A DNA stretch of 34,828 nt, taken from positions 1 to 34,828 of the forward strand of contig CAZJUE010000004.1 of assembly GCA_964549025.1 (NCBI GenBank), in the 5' to 3' direction. The position numbers were made by a program, and so were the translations under genes. The notes under the pieces are model-generated. The model saw only the letters and a program-made list of their open reading frames with translations. It had not been told where the DNA came from and searched no databases. The DNA is from an uncultured Anaerolineaceae bacterium. GTDB lineage: Bacteria; Chloroflexota; Anaerolineae; Anaerolineales; E44-bin32. Position 1 is the stretch's first letter. Each line of letters begins with the position of its first letter. Of the stretch, positions 33,729 to 34,828 are shown piece after piece.

Positions 33729-34568
33729 ATGGCGTCCGGTGGCTGTGTTACAGTCGCGGCCGTGAGCAGGCTCCTCGATCGGCCGCCCAACCGCGTTCTG
33801 GCAGTTCGGGCGGCTTGTATGCTGGCAATAGGGCTGGCCGCCGCGCTGAACAGCTCGGCCTGCAGCGCCGTGGCAGCGCCGGACGCAAGCCGGGAGCAAC
33901 AGCTGCTGGTTTCGGCTGCCGCCTCGCTGGCCGATGCGTTCCGCGAAATGGAAACCGCATTCGAAGCCGGCCATCCCGATATCGATGTGATCTTGAACTT
34001 GGGCAGCAGCTCCACCCTGCGTGAGCAGATCCTGGAGGGAGCGCCGGCGGACGTGTATGCCTCTGCCAACCGAGCGAACATGGAGCAGGTGGTCGACGCC
34101 GGTGGAGTTGCCGGCCAGGTCCAGGTATTCGCCCAAAATTCGCTGCAGATCGCGGTGCCGGCCGGCAATCCGGGCCGGATTTCCGGCTTGGCCGACTTTT
34201 CCAGACCGGAGCTGTTGATCGGGCTGTGCGCGGCTGGCGTCCCCTGCGGTGACGTCGCCCGCCGGGCATTGGCACAGGCAGGGATCTCCCCGGCCGCAGA
34301 CACCCATGAGCCCGACGTGCGGGCGCTGCTGACCAAGATTGCGGCCGGCGAGCTCGATGCCGGCATCACCTACCTCAGCGATGTGGCTTCTGGCGACCCG
34401 AGGGTGCAGGGGATAGACATTCCAGCGCGATACAACCAGATCACCGAGTACCCAATCGCCGTGTTGGCCGGCGCCCCCCACGCCCAGGCTGCGGCGGCGT
34501 TCGTTGATTTCGTGTTTACGGACGAGGGACAAACCATCCTGGCCTCTTACGGCTTCGGATTGCCGTGA
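33729..34568 (+). CDS. modA: Molybdate ABC transporter substrate-binding protein
   Basis: SAAASLADAFREMETAFEAGHPDIDVILNLGSSSTLREQILEGAPADVYASAN... and ...YPIAVL... are ModA-like. The start is uncertain: ATG 33729 or GTG 33762. The ORF-track start at 33648 would overlap selD. Confidence 0.85.
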   Translation: MASGGCVTVAAVSRLLDRPPNRVLAVRAACMLAIGLAAALNSSACSAVAAPDASREQQLLVSAAASLADAFREMETAFEAGHPDIDVILNLGSSSTLREQILEGAPADVYASANRANMEQVVDAGGVAGQVQVFAQNSLQIAVPAGNPGRISGLADFSRPELLIGLCAAGVPCGDVARRALAQAGISPAADTHEPDVRALLTKIAAGELDAGITYLSDVASGDPRVQGIDIPARYNQITEYPIAVLAGAPHAQAAAAFVDFVFTDEGQTILASYGFGLP

Positions 34569-34828
34569 ATCCGGACCCCGTCCACCCTCGCCGCGTCTTC
34601 GGCCGGCCGCCTGCGCTGCTGCTCGTGCTCGGCGGCCTGGGGTTGGCAGCCTTCCTGGCACCATTTGTGGCGCTGCTGGCTCGCACACCCTGGGGCGAGC
34701 TGCCGCGCCTGTTGGCCAGCCCGGTGGTGAGCGACGCGCTGCGGCTGTCAATCATCAGTTCGATCGCCGCGACATTGATCTCGACGGTCATCGGTGTCCC
34801 GCTGGCCTGGCTGCTTGCCCGAGTTGAT
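34565..34828 (+). CDS. modB: Molybdate ABC transporter permease, N-terminal fragment (runs off window)
   Basis: Not in the ORF track because it has no stop in the window. The GTG at 34565 overlaps the modA TGA (GTGA). Translation is VNPDPVHPRRVFGRPPALLLVLGGLGLAAFLAPFVALLARTPWGELPRLLASPVVSDALRLSIISSIAATLISTVIGVPLAWLLARVD, a typical ModB N-terminus. Confidence 0.8.
   Translation, partial: MNPDPVHPRRVFGRPPALLLVLGGLGLAAFLAPFVALLARTPWGELPRLLASPVVSDALRLSIISSIAATLISTVIGVPLAWLLARVD

Noticed and set aside
33354-34751. 465-aa minus-strand ORF, the longest ORF in this part of the track
   Set aside because: It is antisense to a clear modA/modB and overlaps the restored selD N-terminus. Its translation is Arg/Pro/Gly-rich and low-complexity, as expected for a spurious antisense frame in GC-rich DNA.
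1-34828. Search for CRISPR arrays, IS/transposase genes, toxin-antitoxin pairs, and restriction-modification or known defence genes
   Set aside because: None of the ORF translations shows transposase, integrase, Cas, methyltransferase or nuclease hallmarks. The only regular short repeat is the 50-bp tandem at 29631-29755, which has no spacer-like unique segments of CRISPR type.

Overview
GC-rich bacterial chromosomal window. The phylum cannot be assigned from sequence alone; gene content, several putative leaderless or SD-less starts and the domain architectures would fit a Chloroflexota-like or similar lineage. Most of it is ordinary housekeeping and transport. On the + strand: the tail of a peptide-type ABC permease pair, a PiT phosphate transporter, a complete LivJ/H/M/G/F-type amino-acid ABC operon followed by an ornithine-cyclodeaminase-family gene, a DAO-type FAD oxidoreductase and cinA, then argF, pyk, and modA/modB. 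On the - strand: miaA, yraN, a GntR-korA-korB operon, mdh and selD. An accessory-looking stretch at about 12.9-21.3 kb carries a secreted plant-type LRR protein, a PHB-depolymerase-family esterase lipoprotein and a tRNA-Gly(CCC) with a consensus promoter. It also carries a small secreted orphan, a 1282-aa double-cyclase/STAND-NTPase/TPR protein, a CAP-like/PP2C phosphatase gene 9 nt upstream of that giant, and a 92-aa orphan. I did not recognise a classical defence island, CRISPR array, IS element or prophage. Three leads stand out. (1) The CAP-like-PP2C plus cyclase-STAND-TPR two-gene module, whose two cyclase domains look like a C1/C2-type pseudo-heterodimer. (2) A 50-bp tandem repeat between the DUF218 and HD genes that encodes three phased, overlapping micro-ORFs (TAATG/ATGA/ATGA/TGAtATG). 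(3) selD, which the ORF track truncates and which in fact reads through an in-frame UGA at the catalytic Cys/Sec position. All calls come from reading the translations and sequence by eye; no database search was run.
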